Below are positions 30,136-41,388 of a stretch of 64,000 nt of DNA, piece after piece. Below the pieces are notes generated by a model. That model did no database searches. It was not told the DNA's origin and saw nothing but the letters and a program-made list of their open reading frames with translations. A program made the position numbers and the translations under genes. The stretch is from Synechococcales cyanobacterium VAR_4_metabat_354. GTDB lineage: Bacteria; Cyanobacteriota; Cyanobacteriia; Cyanobacteriales; Chamaesiphonaceae. Where the stretch lies: positions 64,001 to 128,000 of the forward strand of contig JANOQI010000062.1 in NCBI GenBank assembly GCA_031414775.1, given 5' to 3'. Numbering within the stretch: the first letter of the stretch is position 1; each line of letters starts with the position of its first letter.

Positions 30136-30945
30136 ATGACTGTTGCGGCATCGAATAAACTGCCCCTAGACTGGGGTGTGATCGTTTTCATGGCTATTAT
30201 TCATCTGGGGGCGATCATAGCCTTCTTGCCTCAATTTTTTAGTTGGGAGGGCGTTGGCGTAGCAGTTTTTCTGCACTGGATTAGCGGTGGCTTAGGTATT
30301 ACTCTTTGCTGGCACCGCATGCTTTCGCACCGCAGCTTTCAAACACCTAAATGGTTGGAGTATCTATTAGCGTTCTGCGGCACGCTGGCCATGCAAGGTG
30401 GCATTATTTGGTGGGTAGGAATGCACCGTCATCACCATTTACATTCTGATAAGGACAACGACCATCACGACTCCAAGAAAGGCTTTTGGTGGAGTCATAT
30501 GCAGTGGATGTTCCATGAAGTCCCCGCCGAAAAAGAAGTGGCTAAATTCACTAAAGATATTGCTAACGATCGCTTTTATCAGTTTTTAGATAAATACTTT
30601 TTGCCCATTCAGATTGTGTTGGGAGTCTTGCTCTATTTCTTAGCTGGCCCATCAATCTTTTTCTGGGGGATTTTTGTCCGGTTGGTATTTGTTTATCACT
30701 GCACCTGGCTAGTAAACAGCGCTACTCATAAGTTTGGTTATCGCACTCATGATACTGATGATCACTCTACTAACTGTTGGTGGGTGGCGATTACTACTTA
30801 CGGCGAAGGTTGGCACAATAATCACCACGCCTATCAATACTCGGCACGTCATGGAATGCAGTGGTGGGAAATTGATATTACTTGGATGACAATTCAAGTT
30901 TTACAGTTTTTCCGACTAGCCAGTAACGTCAAGCTTGTCCAATAG
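30136..30945 (+). CDS. desC: acyl-lipid delta-9 desaturase
   Basis: His boxes HRMLSH, HRHHH, HNNHH; NSATH. Confidence 0.93.
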   Translation: MTVAASNKLPLDWGVIVFMAIIHLGAIIAFLPQFFSWEGVGVAVFLHWISGGLGITLCWHRMLSHRSFQTPKWLEYLLAFCGTLAMQGGIIWWVGMHRHHHLHSDKDNDHHDSKKGFWWSHMQWMFHEVPAEKEVAKFTKDIANDRFYQFLDKYFLPIQIVLGVLLYFLAGPSIFFWGIFVRLVFVYHCTWLVNSATHKFGYRTHDTDDHSTNCWWVAITTYGEGWHNNHHAYQYSARHGMQWWEIDITWMTIQVLQFFRLASNVKLVQ

Positions 30946-30979
30946 ACCAAATATAATATCGGTATTATTTAAAAAATTA

Positions 30980-31010
30980 TTCTCTCCAGTAAATTTGGGG
31001 AGATTTTTTT
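30980..31010 (+). terminator. putative terminator of desC
   Basis: TCTCTCCA...TGGGGAGA followed by a T-run. Confidence 0.5.
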
Positions 31011-31020
31011 AGCAGATTTT

Positions 31021-31064
31021 TGTGGCCGACGATACATTAACGATGTCTTGCCTATGGCTACGAT
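31021..31064 (+). promoter_or_regulatory. putative NtcA-type promoter of argZ-putA
   Basis: TGTG-GCCGACGA-TACA (GTG-N8-TAC variant), then 23 nt, then TACGAT. Confidence 0.4.
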
Positions 31065-31107
31065 GAAGGAAGCAGACTTCTAAAAAAGCCGATAATGAAA
31101 GTTATTT

Positions 31108-33270
31108 ATGACCCATATCGAGTTAAACATGACTGATCAATTAAAGACTGATCCCATGCGTATTTTGATGTGTGCCCCGCACCATTACGAAGTCAATTAC
31201 GTGATCAATCCCTGGATGGAAGGCAATATTCATCGTTCATTACGCGCGCAAGCTCTAGCGCAATGGAATCAGCTTTACCAAGTCTTGCAACGTTATGCCC
31301 AGATTGATTTGGTAGAGCCGCAACCGGGCTGGCCAGATATGGTTTTCACGGCCAATGCTGGCTTGATCTTGGGCGATACGGTGGTGCTCAGTCGCTTTTT
31401 CCATCCCGAACGGCAGGGGGAAGAACCGCATTTTCAGAAGTGGTTTGAAGATCAGGGCTACAAAGTGCATCTATTGCCCAAAAGCTTACCCTTTGAGGGT
31501 GCCGGTGATGCCCTAATGGATCGATCGGGTGGATGGCTGTGGGCTGGTTATGGGTTTCGATCGGAGCTAGATGCCCATCCCTATTTAGCCCAGTGGTTGG
31601 ATGTGGAAGTATTGTCCCTGAGATTGGTCGATCGACGGTTTTATCATCTCGATACCTGCTTTTGCCCGCTCACTGATGGGTATTTGTTGTATTATCCACC
31701 GGCCTTTGACACCTATTCCAATCGTTTAATTGAGTTGCGGGTGCCGCCGGAAAAACGGATCGCAATCGATGAAGTTGATGCGGTCAATTTTGCCTGTAAT
31801 ACGGTGAATATTGATGCCCTGCGAGATGGCACCGCCGAACGAGTTGTGGTGATGAACAAGGTCAGTCAGGGGTTAAATAAAATATTGATCGATCGAGGCT
31901 TTACGGTAGTCGAAACGCCACTAACAGAATTTTTAAAAGCCGGAGGGGCAGCTAAGTGCCTAACGCTCAAGGTGATAGAACCCCATCGAGAGTCGCCGCA
32001 ATTGTCTACGATTCAAGGTCGGGTCATTCATCTAGAAGGCCATTTATTGGATTCTGGGCTAGTGAACCAGGTTTTGGATACGATCGTAGCTGGGGGTGGT
32101 AGTTTTCAGGTCGTGAACTTTAATCTTGGCAGTCAGCGCCAAGATACCTCCAGCGCCGAAGTGAAAGTCTCGGCTCCGGATGCGATCGTGATGGCTGACA
32201 TCATGGATCAATTGATTGACCTAGGGGCGATCAGCACTGCGGCGGAAACCGCGTCAGCTAATTTAGCCATCGTCACTCAGGCGGGAGTCGCCGCCGATGA
32301 TTTCTATGCAACCACCATCTATCCGACAGAAGTCTTGATTGACGATCGATGGATCAAGGTACAAGGACAAAGGATGGACGGATCGATCGCCGTAACCCAC
32401 ACAGCGGAAGGGGTAATTGCTCGTTGTCAGCTGCTGCGTGATTTACAGGTGGGTGAAGCGGTGGTGGTAGGCAATGAAGGCATTCGCACTAAACGCAACC
32501 CTACCACTCTAAAAAAGCAGCAATCAGAAGAATTCAGCTTTATGGGAGCCGGGGTTTCTAGTGAACGGCGGGTGGAACTAGTAGTAGAACAAATTGCCTG
32601 GGATCTGCGCCAAATTCGCGATCGAGGCGGCAAAGTTGTGGTGACGGCTGGCCCGGTAGTGATTCATACTGGCGGCAGCGAACACTTAAACCAACTCATT
32701 CGCGAGGGCTATGTCCATGCCCTCCTAGGAGGCAATGCGATCGCTGTTCATGATATCGAGCAATCCTTGATGGGCACTTCTTTGGGTGTTGATATGCAGC
32801 GCGGTGTGTCGGTACATGGCGGGCATCGTCACCACCTCAAAGCCATCAACACTATTCGCCGCTGTGGCAGCATTGCTCAAGCCGTGGCACAAGGAGTGTT
32901 GCGGAGCGGAGTAATGTATGAATGCGTCAAACACAATATTCCCTTTTCCCTGGCTGGTTCGATTCGAGACGATGGGCCACTACCAGATACCAAAATGAAT
33001 CTCATCGAAGCCCAGGCTGACTATGCCCGCCTCATTGAGGGTGCCGATCTAATTTTGATGTTGTCTAGTATGCTGCATTCGATCGGAGTGGGAAATATGA
33101 CTCCCGCTGGGGTGAAAATGGTTTGTATCGATATTAATCCAGCAGTTGTGACCAAGTTGAGTGATCGAGGTTCGATCGAGTCCATCGGAGTTGTAACTGA
33201 TGTGGGACTTTTTCTTAGCTTGTTAGTGCAACAACTCAACAAACTAACCGGACAATACAGCCAGCAATAA
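31108..33270 (+). CDS. argZ: arginine dihydrolase / ornithine cyclodeaminase ArgZ (AgrE), TIGR00300-type
   Basis: YVINPWM, PDMVFTAN, FEGAGD, YHLDTCF, GGAAKC amidinotransferase domain; LEGHLLDSG; GNAIAVHDIE, GSIRDDGP. Confidence 0.93.
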   Translation: MTHIELNMTDQLKTDPMRILMCAPHHYEVNYVINPWMEGNIHRSLRAQALAQWNQLYQVLQRYAQIDLVEPQPGWPDMVFTANAGLILGDTVVLSRFFHPERQGEEPHFQKWFEDQGYKVHLLPKSLPFEGAGDALMDRSGGWLWAGYGFRSELDAHPYLAQWLDVEVLSLRLVDRRFYHLDTCFCPLTDGYLLYYPPAFDTYSNRLIELRVPPEKRIAIDEVDAVNFACNTVNIDALRDGTAERVVVMNKVSQGLNKILIDRGFTVVETPLTEFLKAGGAAKCLTLKVIEPHRESPQLSTIQGRVIHLEGHLLDSGLVNQVLDTIVAGGGSFQVVNFNLGSQRQDTSSAEVKVSAPDAIVMADIMDQLIDLGAISTAAETASANLAIVTQAGVAADDFYATTIYPTEVLIDDRWIKVQGQRMDGSIAVTHTAEGVIARCQLLRDLQVGEAVVVGNEGIRTKRNPTTLKKQQSEEFSFMGAGVSSERRVELVVEQIAWDLRQIRDRGGKVVVTAGPVVIHTGGSEHLNQLIREGYVHALLGGNAIAVHDIEQSLMGTSLGVDMQRGVSVHGGHRHHLKAINTIRRCGSIAQAVAQGVLRSGVMYECVKHNIPFSLAGSIRDDGPLPDTKMNLIEAQADYARLIEGADLILMLSSMLHSIGVGNMTPAGVKMVCIDINPAVVTKLSDRGSIESIGVVTDVGLFLSLLVQQLNKLTGQYSQQ
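31816..31839. repeat. 24-nt in-frame micro-insertion in a HIP1 core (SDR-like)
   Basis: TGAT|GCCCTGCGAGATGGCACCGCCGAA|CGA; removal gives NIDRVVVMNK. Confidence 0.6.
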
Positions 33271-33288
33271 ATAGGATAGGTTTAGATT

Positions 33289-36200
33289 ATGTCCTTGCAT
33301 CCAGCCCCTACCAACCCCACCCCATTCGCTACCGAGGAGCAGACCCTCGCGATTGCTCGTCAGTTACTCGCGGCTACCACTACCAATCGATCGATCCTTG
33401 CCAAAGTGCGCGATCAGTTTCGCTGGGATGACAAGCTGCTCAGTTGGACAATGGATAATCCGGGGTTGCGGGTGCAGCTTTTCCGGCTAATTGATTGCTT
33501 GCCAGCACTAACCAGCAAGGCTGAAATTGCTCGTCACCTGCAAGAATATCTAAACGATGCGGCGGTGGAATTACCAGCAGCCCTCAAGAATCTGTTGAAC
33601 TTTACTGGTGCGGAATCCATCGCCGGACAAGTGGCGGCCACCACCCTGACCACTGCGGTCGAAACCCTCGCACGTAAATACATTGCCGGTGAAAATTTAC
33701 CACAAGCACTCCAGACGATCGAACAACTCCGCCAACAATCCATGACCTTTACGATGGATGTGTTGGGAGAAGCGGTAGTCACGGAAGTCGAAGCCCAAGC
33801 CTACCTAGATCAATATTTAGAGTTGATGGCACAACTCACAACAGCGGCACCGAGTTGGTCGAACCATCAAACAATCGCTCCCGTGCAGGTATCAGTAAAA
33901 CTTACCGCCTTTTATTCCCAATTCGATCCATTGGATGTAGCGGGTTCCCAGTCCAAAGTGATCGATCGCATTCGGATCCTGCTGCGGCGGGCACAGACAG
34001 TTGGCGCAGCGGTGCATTTTGACATGGAGCAATATCGCTATAAAGATGCCACCCTAGAGGTTCTAAAGAGCCTATTGATGGAAACAGAATTTCGCGATCG
34101 TACGGATGTTGGTCTCACACTGCAAGCTTACTTGCGAGATAGCTATCGCGACTTACAAAATCTAATTACCTGGGTCAAAGAACGGGGCAAACCCCTGACC
34201 GTGCGGTTAGTCAAAGGGGCTTACTGGGATCAAGAAACGATTACCGCTCGTCAAAATTATTGGCCAACCCCGGTCTATAACTATAAATCTTCCACCGATG
34301 CTAATTTTGAGCGAATGACCCGGCTGCTGTTAGAAAATTACGAATATCTCTACGCGGCAATTGGTAGTCACAACATTCGCTCCCAGGCACAAGCGATGGC
34401 CTACGCCGATAGTCTGCGCAGCAGCCTCGCCCAAACTCCCGAGATGCCCCAGCCGCAGATTGAGTTTCAAGTCCTTTATGGCATGGCCGACCAATTGGCC
34501 GCTACTTTGGCACAACAAGGTCAGCAAGTACGGGTCTACTGCCCCTATGGCACCTTAATTCCAGGGATGGCTTATCTGACCCGGCGGCTATTAGAGAATA
34601 CCGCTAATAGTTCTTTTCTCAAGCAAAGCTTAGCCCATGCCTCGGTGGCCTCATTGCTCTCAGTACCCACGTGGGGATCAGGGGATCAGGATGGTGAGGC
34701 CGTGCAACCAATGTCCATTAAGACAACGACAGCGACGATCACCCAGATTAATCCAGCCGCAGATACAAACTACGCGATCGCCGCATTACGTTTAAAGGCA
34801 GCGACCGCTTTGGACAATGTGCGTCAGCAGTTTGGTCACACCTATTGGCCGTTATTGGATGGTAAATGGTTCCAGACAACCACAACTATTCCCTCCATCA
34901 ATCCATCGAATCCAGCAGAAATAGTGGGTTCGATCGGCCAAATTAATATTGAACAAGCCGATCAGGCGATCAGCGCTGCCCAGAAAGCTTTTTTAACCTG
35001 GCGACGGACACCAGTAGCGGAGCGCACAGCCATTCTCCGGCGAGCAGCAGATTTATTGGAAGCACGTCGTCACGAACTAAATGCCTGGATGGTATTTGAG
35101 GCTGGCAAACCCCTAAAACAAGCCGATAGTGAGGTTTCGGAAGCGGTGGATTTTTGTCGCTACTACGCAGCAGAAATGGAGCGATTAGCACCAGCGGTGG
35201 TCTATGACGTGGCCGGGGAGATCGATCGATACCACTATGCCCCCAAAGGCATTGTGCTGGTAATTTCTCCTTGGAATTTCCCCTTAGCGATTCCGACCGG
35301 CATGACCGTGGCTGCCTTGGTAACAGGAAATTGTGTGTTATTGAAACCAGCGGCAGCGACGACCGTAATTGCGGCCAAGTTGAGTGAGATCTTGGTCGCC
35401 GCAGGGATACCACCGGGGGTATTTCAGTGTGTACCGGGAAATGGCTCTACTGTGGGGGCGCATTTGGTGAAGCACCCAGAAGTGCAGATGATTGTGTTTA
35501 CGGGTTCCCAGGCAGTAGGTTGCGAAATCTATGCCCAGGCGGCGATTTGGCAACCAGGGCAAAAGCATTTAAAGCGGGTGGTGGCGGAGATGGGTGGCAA
35601 GAATGCAATCGTGGTGGATGAAAGTGCTGATTTAGATCAGGCGGTGCAAGGCGTGGTCTATTCGGCCTTTGGCTATAGTGGTCAAAAGTGTTCGGCTTGT
35701 GCGCGGGTAGTAGTACTAGCATCGATTTACGAAGCTTTTGTGGAGCGGTTGGTAGAAGCTACCAAGTCGTTGAACGTGGGAGATGCAGCGTTGCCTAGCA
35801 CAAAGGTGGGGCCAGTGATTGATGGGTCAGCGCAGCAACGAATTCAGGCGGTCGTGGCACAGGGCAAGCTGTCGGCCACATTGGCTCTAGAGTTGCCCTC
35901 GCCGGAGCTGGGTTATTTTGTGGGACCAGTGATTTTTACCGATGTGGAACCGGGGGATCCGATCGCCCAAGAGGAAATTTTTGGACCGGTGTTGGTGGTG
36001 ATCAAAGCGCAGAATTTTGACCAGGCATTAGTGATCGCTAATGGTACTAACTATGCTCTGACGGGAGGACTCTACTCCCGGACTCCTTCGCATATCGATC
36101 GAGCAAAGGTGGAGTTTGAGGTAGGGAATCTGTATATCAATCGCAGTATTACAGGAGCAATTGTGGCGCGGCAACCTTTTGGGGGCTATAAGTTGTCAGG

Positions 36201-36306
36201 GGTTGGCTCCAAAGCGGGCGGGCCAGATTACTTGCTGCAATTCCTCGATCCGCGCACGGTGACGGAAAATATTCAGCGACAGGGGTTTGCACCTTTACTG
36301 GAATAA
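33289..36306 (+). CDS. putA: bifunctional proline dehydrogenase / P5C dehydrogenase
   Basis: FDMEQ, VRLVKGAYWD, RRLLENTAN; ISPWNFP, EMGGKN, GQKCSA, EEIFGPV. Confidence 0.96.
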   Translation: MSLHPAPTNPTPFATEEQTLAIARQLLAATTTNRSILAKVRDQFRWDDKLLSWTMDNPGLRVQLFRLIDCLPALTSKAEIARHLQEYLNDAAVELPAALKNLLNFTGAESIAGQVAATTLTTAVETLARKYIAGENLPQALQTIEQLRQQSMTFTMDVLGEAVVTEVEAQAYLDQYLELMAQLTTAAPSWSNHQTIAPVQVSVKLTAFYSQFDPLDVAGSQSKVIDRIRILLRRAQTVGAAVHFDMEQYRYKDATLEVLKSLLMETEFRDRTDVGLTLQAYLRDSYRDLQNLITWVKERGKPLTVRLVKGAYWDQETITARQNYWPTPVYNYKSSTDANFERMTRLLLENYEYLYAAIGSHNIRSQAQAMAYADSLRSSLAQTPEMPQPQIEFQVLYGMADQLAATLAQQGQQVRVYCPYGTLIPGMAYLTRRLLENTANSSFLKQSLAHASVASLLSVPTWGSGDQDGEAVQPMSIKTTTATITQINPAADTNYAIAALRLKAATALDNVRQQFGHTYWPLLDGKWFQTTTTIPSINPSNPAEIVGSIGQINIEQADQAISAAQKAFLTWRRTPVAERTAILRRAADLLEARRHELNAWMVFEAGKPLKQADSEVSEAVDFCRYYAAEMERLAPAVVYDVAGEIDRYHYAPKGIVLVISPWNFPLAIPTGMTVAALVTGNCVLLKPAAATTVIAAKLSEILVAAGIPPGVFQCVPGNGSTVGAHLVKHPEVQMIVFTGSQAVGCEIYAQAAIWQPGQKHLKRVVAEMGGKNAIVVDESADLDQAVQGVVYSAFGYSGQKCSACARVVVLASIYEAFVERLVEATKSLNVGDAALPSTKVGPVIDGSAQQRIQAVVAQGKLSATLALELPSPELGYFVGPVIFTDVEPGDPIAQEEIFGPVLVVIKAQNFDQALVIANGTNYALTGGLYSRTPSHIDRAKVEFEVGNLYINRSITGAIVARQPFGGYKLSGVGSKAGGPDYLLQFLDPRTVTENIQRQGFAPLLE
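34398..34427. repeat. 30-nt in-frame micro-insertion in HIP1 (SDR-like)
   Basis: GCGAT|GGCCTACGCCGATAGTCTGCGCAGCAGCCT|CGC; removal restores GCGATCGC. Confidence 0.5.
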
Positions 36307-36351
36307 CGATTTTGCTTTTGCTGGCCAAGAATTTTCAAAAATTCTAGTCAA

Positions 36352-36714
36352 CTATTTACCTTTTTCCACCACAATAGTAAGATGAGCGACCATTGACCCA
36401 ATCACGGCCACCGCCGTCACGACGGGGAATAGCGCAGCCCCAATTACCCCACCAACGACCCCCACCGTCAAAGGAATTTCAATCAAGGTCTGTCCTTCGG
36501 AGTGTTTGATGATAATCCGCCGGATATTGCCTTCATGGATCAGCTCCTTGACTTTTGCCACCAGAGAGTCGCCACTGATGCTGAATTCTTCGACCGTGAC
36601 CTTTTCGGCGGTTTCGGCGGTTTCACTTTCAGATACTACTGGCACGATCGAAGCCGAAGATGGTGATTGATCTTGGAGCTGTTGCTTTTGCTCTTGTTCG
36701 CTGGAGTTATTCAT
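36352..36714 (-). CDS. DUF4342 domain protein
   Basis: EEFSISGDSLVAKVKELIHEGNIRRIIIK...LIEIPLTVG; start could also be 36729. Confidence 0.88.
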   Translation of the reverse strand: MNNSSEQEQKQQLQDQSPSSASIVPVVSESETAETAEKVTVEEFSISGDSLVAKVKELIHEGNIRRIIIKHSEGQTLIEIPLTVGVVGGVIGAALFPVVTAVAVIGSMVAHLTIVVEKGK

Positions 36715-36860
36715 TGTTTTGTTCTGCATAATCACTGCTATTTTCAAGAATAGAAGAAAATGTTGAGGAAGCTGTGAGGATAAAAATTCATGGGGTTCAC
36801 AAATAATCAGTATGATGAATAATTACAGGGTGTGATGCAGCAACGGCAGAAGAACCAGGA

Positions 36861-38537
36861 ATGAATATCAATGCTTCCATTATTGACCAACGCCTCACCA
36901 CCGTTCAGGATGAAATTCGTCAGCGGGCTGCTGATGAGTTGAATATCAGCAGTCCAGATAAAGTCTTTTCGTTGGCTTTTATCTATCTCTGTGTTCAAAC
37001 AATGCTTGATCTGGATGATATCGAAGCATTTGATTCTCTAACTGAGGGTGGTGGAGATTTTGGCGTTGATGCTATGCATATTTCAGAAGAATATGATGGC
37101 GAATTCACCATCAGCTTATTCCAAGGAAAATACAAACGAAATTTGGCAGCGGATGCCAATTATCCAGAAAATGCAATTAATGATTTGATCAACGCCATTC
37201 GCTATATTTTTGATCCCGCCGCTCAACTCAATCATGTCAATGATCAGCTGCTTTCTCAAGTAGAAAATGCCAGAAGTCTGATCAGAGATGGTTACATTCC
37301 ACGGGTACGAGCCTTGGCTTGTAACAATGGACTTTGCTGGAACACTGCCGCTCAAGAATCGATCGATCGATCTGGTTTTGGCAATCAAGTTACTTGGGAA
37401 CATGTCAATCATGATCGACTGGTGGATATTATTCGATCGACTAAGCCAGTTAATGACAACTTGCAACTCACCGGCCAAGCGATCGTCGAAGATATGGATT
37501 TTAGCCGGGTACTGGTTGGCCGCATTTCCACTAAAGAAATATCCGCTCTGATTAACCGTCATGGGGAAAGACTGCTAGAAAGAAACGTCCGCAGGTATTT
37601 AGGACTTCAGGGTAATCGAGTCAATGAAGCTATTCAAAATACTCTGCAAAGTTTAGAACGGAGCAATTTTTATTTCTATAACAATGGCATTACCCTGACC
37701 TGCGACAAGTTTTCTTACAACGCACTGCAAAAGGATGATTATCAGGTGCGCATCGAAAATTTGCAGATTATTAATGGTGGTCAGACTTGCATGACTATTT
37801 ATAAAACATTGCAGCAACTATCCTCGTGGGATGAGACTCCGGCCTATGTATTAGTGAGACTCTATCAATTACCGAGCGAAAATGACGATCTGGTACGCCG
37901 CATTACTTTTGCTACCAATAGTCAAAATCCGGTGGATCTCCGTGATTTGAAAGCTAATGATGACAAACAGCAGCGCTTAGAAATAGATGTTCAGCAGCTC
38001 GGCTACACCTATCGCCGCAAGCGGAGCGATCAAGGTAGTAGAGCCGATATCACTTCTGGAGTAGCCGCTGAAGCGATTCTATCTGTCTGGCGACAGGCAC
38101 CCCATCAAGCCAAGTTTTTCACCCGCGAACATTTCGGCAAGTTGTATGAAACCGTTTTTACCAATGACCTGAATGGGGCACAACTGATCATTGCTGTAAT
38201 GCTATATCGAATTGCCGAAAATCGTCGTCGTCGTCCCGATTCAACAGATCCCGCTTTTGTGCGCTATGCTTCATGCTTTATCGCTATGCAGATGGGCAGA
38301 CATCTTCTAAATGCTCTGAATGTTGAACTCTCCGTTCTAAACCATAAAAACTTTCCTAGAGCAGTTCAGTTCATTGAGCAAAATAGTAGCACTTACTTTA
38401 ATCAAGCCTTGCAGGATATAGAAGCATCTCTCAAAGGTCTCTATGGTGAAGCTAGTATCTCCTTACAACAACTTTCCGCCACTTTTCGACGTGGTGATTT
38501 GATTCAAAAGCTCTCAGAAATATCTCAGATTGAGTGA
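36861..38537 (+). CDS. AIPR family (abortive-infection-associated) protein
   Basis: N-terminal [14 protein letters not shown] nuclease-like motif; [40 protein letters not shown]. Confidence 0.9.
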   Translation: MNINASIIDQRLTTVQDEIRQRAADELNISSPDKVFSLAFIYLCVQTMLDLDDIEAFDSLTEGGGDFGVDAMHISEEYDGEFTISLFQGKYKRNLAADANYPENAINDLINAIRYIFDPAAQLNHVNDQLLSQVENARSLIRDGYIPRVRALACNNGLCWNTAAQESIDRSGFGNQVTWEHVNHDRLVDIIRSTKPVNDNLQLTGQAIVEDMDFSRVLVGRISTKEISALINRHGERLLERNVRRYLGLQGNRVNEAIQNTLQSLERSNFYFYNNGITLTCDKFSYNALQKDDYQVRIENLQIINGGQTCMTIYKTLQQLSSWDETPAYVLVRLYQLPSENDDLVRRITFATNSQNPVDLRDLKANDDKQQRLEIDVQQLGYTYRRKRSDQGSRADITSGVAAEAILSVWRQAPHQAKFFTREHFGKLYETVFTNDLNGAQLIIAVMLYRIAENRRRRPDSTDPAFVRYASCFIAMQMGRHLLNALNVELSVLNHKNFPRAVQFIEQNSSTYFNQALQDIEASLKGLYGEASISLQQLSATFRRGDLIQKLSEISQIE

Positions 38538-38634
38538 GGATCAAGGACAGATCTTCAGTGCCCGAAAAATTGCAGCAGGGCGACCAGAAATGTTATGTTT
38601 ATCCTTATCCCTGCTAGTTTTCAGCCCCGTTCCC

Positions 38635-41211
38635 GTGAAATACACCCCCAGCTCGATCGAAACCAAATGGCAGCAAGAGTGGGACAGAATCGGTCTCTAC
38701 CAGACCGATACCACCAGTAGCAAGCCTAAGTTTTATGCCCTGTCGATGTTTCCCTACCCATCGGGTAATTTGCATATGGGGCATGTGCGGAACTACGTAA
38801 TCACCGACGTGATTGCGCGGCTGAAAAGAATGCAGGGCTTTCGGGTATTGCATCCGATGGGTTGGGATGCTTTTGGTTTACCAGCGGAGAATGCAGCGAT
38901 CGCGAACCAAGTACACCCAGCCAAGTGGACTTACCAAAATATCGAACACATGCGCGGTCAGCTAAAAACTTTGGGGCTGTCGATCGATTGGGATTGCGAA
39001 CTAGCCACTTGCTCGCCAGATTATTACAAATGGACGCAGTGGATCTTTTTACAATTTTTCCAAGCGGGGTTAGCCTACCAGTCTGAATCGGCGGTAAATT
39101 GGGATCCGATCGATCTCACCGTATTGGCCAACGAACAAGTAGACAATGAAGGCCGCTCTTGGCGCTCGGGGGCGATCGTCGAGAAAAAGCTGCTGCGCCA
39201 GTGGTTCTTGAAAATTACGGAATATGCCGACCAATTGTTAGCTGATTTGGATACCCTCGATGGCTGGTCAGAGCAGGTCAAGACCCTGCAAACCAATTGG
39301 ATTGGTCGATCGATCGGGGCGCATTTAGAATTCCCGATTATTGGTCACAGCGAGAAGATTAAAGTATTTACAACTCGTCCCGATACGGTGTACGGGGTTT
39401 CGTATGTCGTCTTAGCTCCCGAACATCCGCTGGTGGCAAAGGTAACAACTAGTCAATACCAAGCTGCTGTTGATGCCTTTATTGCTGAAGTTAAACAAGA
39501 AAGTGAGATCGATCGAACTGCTGATAACCGACCAAAGCGCGGTGTCTTTACGGGTGGCAGCGTCCTCAATTCCTTTACTGGTCAAGAAGTCCCGATCTGG
39601 ATTGCCGACTATGTATTGTACGAATACGGCACCGGCGCGGTGATGGGTGTACCAGCCCACGATGAGCGAGACTTTCAATTTGCCAAACAATACGGCCTAG
39701 CGATTCAACAAGTGATCCTAGATCCCCAAGCTGAAACGGGTGTAGAGCTGACTGCGGCCTTTACTGGTAGCGGCATCATGACTAATTCTGGGCAGTTTGA
39801 TGGCTTGGATAATATCGCTGGCAAGCAATCGATCATCAAACACGCTGAGTCCCAAGGCTGGGGTAATGCCAAAATTCATTACCGATTGCGCGATTGGTTG
39901 ATCTCCCGCCAACGTTATTGGGGCGCACCGATTCCAATTATTCATTGCTCTAAATGTGGCGCAGTGCCGGTGCCCGAAAAAGATTTGCCCGTGGAACTAC
40001 CCGCTGATGTGGAGTTTAGCGGCAAAGGTGGTAATCCGCTGGCTAAATTAGACAGCTGGGTGAATGTACCCTGTCCGAGTTGTGGCACGGCAGCCAAGCG
40101 CGAAACCGACACGATGGATACCTTTATTGATTCTTCATGGTACTATTTGCGCTTCACCGATGCCAAAAATAGCGATAAAGTCTTTGATATCGATCGAGTG
40201 AATAGTTGGCTGCCGATCGATCAATATGTGGGGGGCGTGGAGCACGCTATTTTGCATTTGTTGTACTCCCGCTTTTTCACCAAGTTTCTGCGCGATCAAA
40301 AGCAGGGCAGCCAACCATTACTAAACTGTACCGAACCTTTCCAGCGCTTGTTAACTCAAGGAATGGTGCAGGGCCAGACCTATTTCAATCCCAAGAAAGG
40401 CGGTAAGGATAAATGGATTCCGGCTAATCAGGTTGATCCGGAGCATCCGATCGATCCGCAAACAGGCGAACCACTAGAACTGATTTATGCCACTATGTCC
40501 AAGTCCAAAGGTAATGGAGTATCACCAGAGGAGGTAATTGCCCAGTATGGTGTGGACATCGCCCGAATGTTTATCCTATTCAAAGCGCCACCAGAGAAAG
40601 ATTTAGAATGGGACGAAGCCGATGTGGAAGGTCAAGCGCGCTTTTTGGGTCGGGTGTGGCGATTGGTGAAACAGTTCATCGAAAGCGGCAATCCATCAGC
40701 AGCGATGCCTGACAACATCAGTTCGGCGGAGAAGAAAGTGCGCCGTGCCACCCATATCGCTATTAAAGAAATCACCGAAGATTTAGAGGGCGAATATCAA
40801 TTCAACACAGCCGTGTCGGAATTAATGAAGTTGAGCAACGCCTTGGGTGATGCCGACTGCCCCGATTCTCCAGCTTATGCCGAAGGCATTAATACTCTGC
40901 TCAGGTTGTTAGCTCCTTTTGCACCACATTTAGCCGAAGAACTATGGTCACTAATGGGTCATAGTGGTTCAATTCACACCCAAGAATGGTGTCAGTTCGA
41001 TCCGAAATTGCTGGTAGCCGATGAAATCACCATCGTCATTCAGGTTATGGGTAAAACCAGAGGTACGATCGAGGTGCCCACTAGCATTAGTAAAGACGAA
41101 ATGGAGCAGCTAGCGCTAGCCTCGGAAACTGCCCAAAAATACGTTACGGGGAAGGAAATCAAAAAGACGATCGTAGTACCAGGAAAACTGGTGAATTTTG
41201 TAGTGAAATAA
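38635..41211 (+). CDS. leuS: leucine--tRNA ligase
   Basis: [38 protein letters not shown] start at 38635. Confidence 0.98.
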   Translation: MKYTPSSIETKWQQEWDRIGLYQTDTTSSKPKFYALSMFPYPSGNLHMGHVRNYVITDVIARLKRMQGFRVLHPMGWDAFGLPAENAAIANQVHPAKWTYQNIEHMRGQLKTLGLSIDWDCELATCSPDYYKWTQWIFLQFFQAGLAYQSESAVNWDPIDLTVLANEQVDNEGRSWRSGAIVEKKLLRQWFLKITEYADQLLADLDTLDGWSEQVKTLQTNWIGRSIGAHLEFPIIGHSEKIKVFTTRPDTVYGVSYVVLAPEHPLVAKVTTSQYQAAVDAFIAEVKQESEIDRTADNRPKRGVFTGGSVLNSFTGQEVPIWIADYVLYEYGTGAVMGVPAHDERDFQFAKQYGLAIQQVILDPQAETGVELTAAFTGSGIMTNSGQFDGLDNIAGKQSIIKHAESQGWGNAKIHYRLRDWLISRQRYWGAPIPIIHCSKCGAVPVPEKDLPVELPADVEFSGKGGNPLAKLDSWVNVPCPSCGTAAKRETDTMDTFIDSSWYYLRFTDAKNSDKVFDIDRVNSWLPIDQYVGGVEHAILHLLYSRFFTKFLRDQKQGSQPLLNCTEPFQRLLTQGMVQGQTYFNPKKGGKDKWIPANQVDPEHPIDPQTGEPLELIYATMSKSKGNGVSPEEVIAQYGVDIARMFILFKAPPEKDLEWDEADVEGQARFLGRVWRLVKQFIESGNPSAAMPDNISSAEKKVRRATHIAIKEITEDLEGEYQFNTAVSELMKLSNALGDADCPDSPAYAEGINTLLRLLAPFAPHLAEELWSLMGHSGSIHTQEWCQFDPKLLVADEITIVIQVMGKTRGTIEVPTSISKDEMEQLALASETAQKYVTGKEIKKTIVVPGKLVNFVVK

Positions 41212-41388
41212 TATAAATCAAAATTTAATTTAGCTGTGGATATGAATAGCAACGACAGACGGTGGAGGTTACAAACAAATTAGCTAGTCCAAAATATCGG
41301 GATGGCCAGATAAGAATAAGATGGGCGCGTTACAATTGAAGTATGGAGATAATGTTTTGCAATCAGTTAGATAGAGACTGAGGCCGAT

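Noticed and set aside
30047..30151. Overlap of the ynbB-like ORF with desC
   Set aside because: The likely start is ATG 30046, leaving a normal divergent promoter region
38530..38634. Apparent AIPR-leuS overlap and hydrophobic N-terminal extension of LeuRS
   Set aside because: Artefact of the longest-ORF call; the conserved LeuRS start fits GTG at 38635
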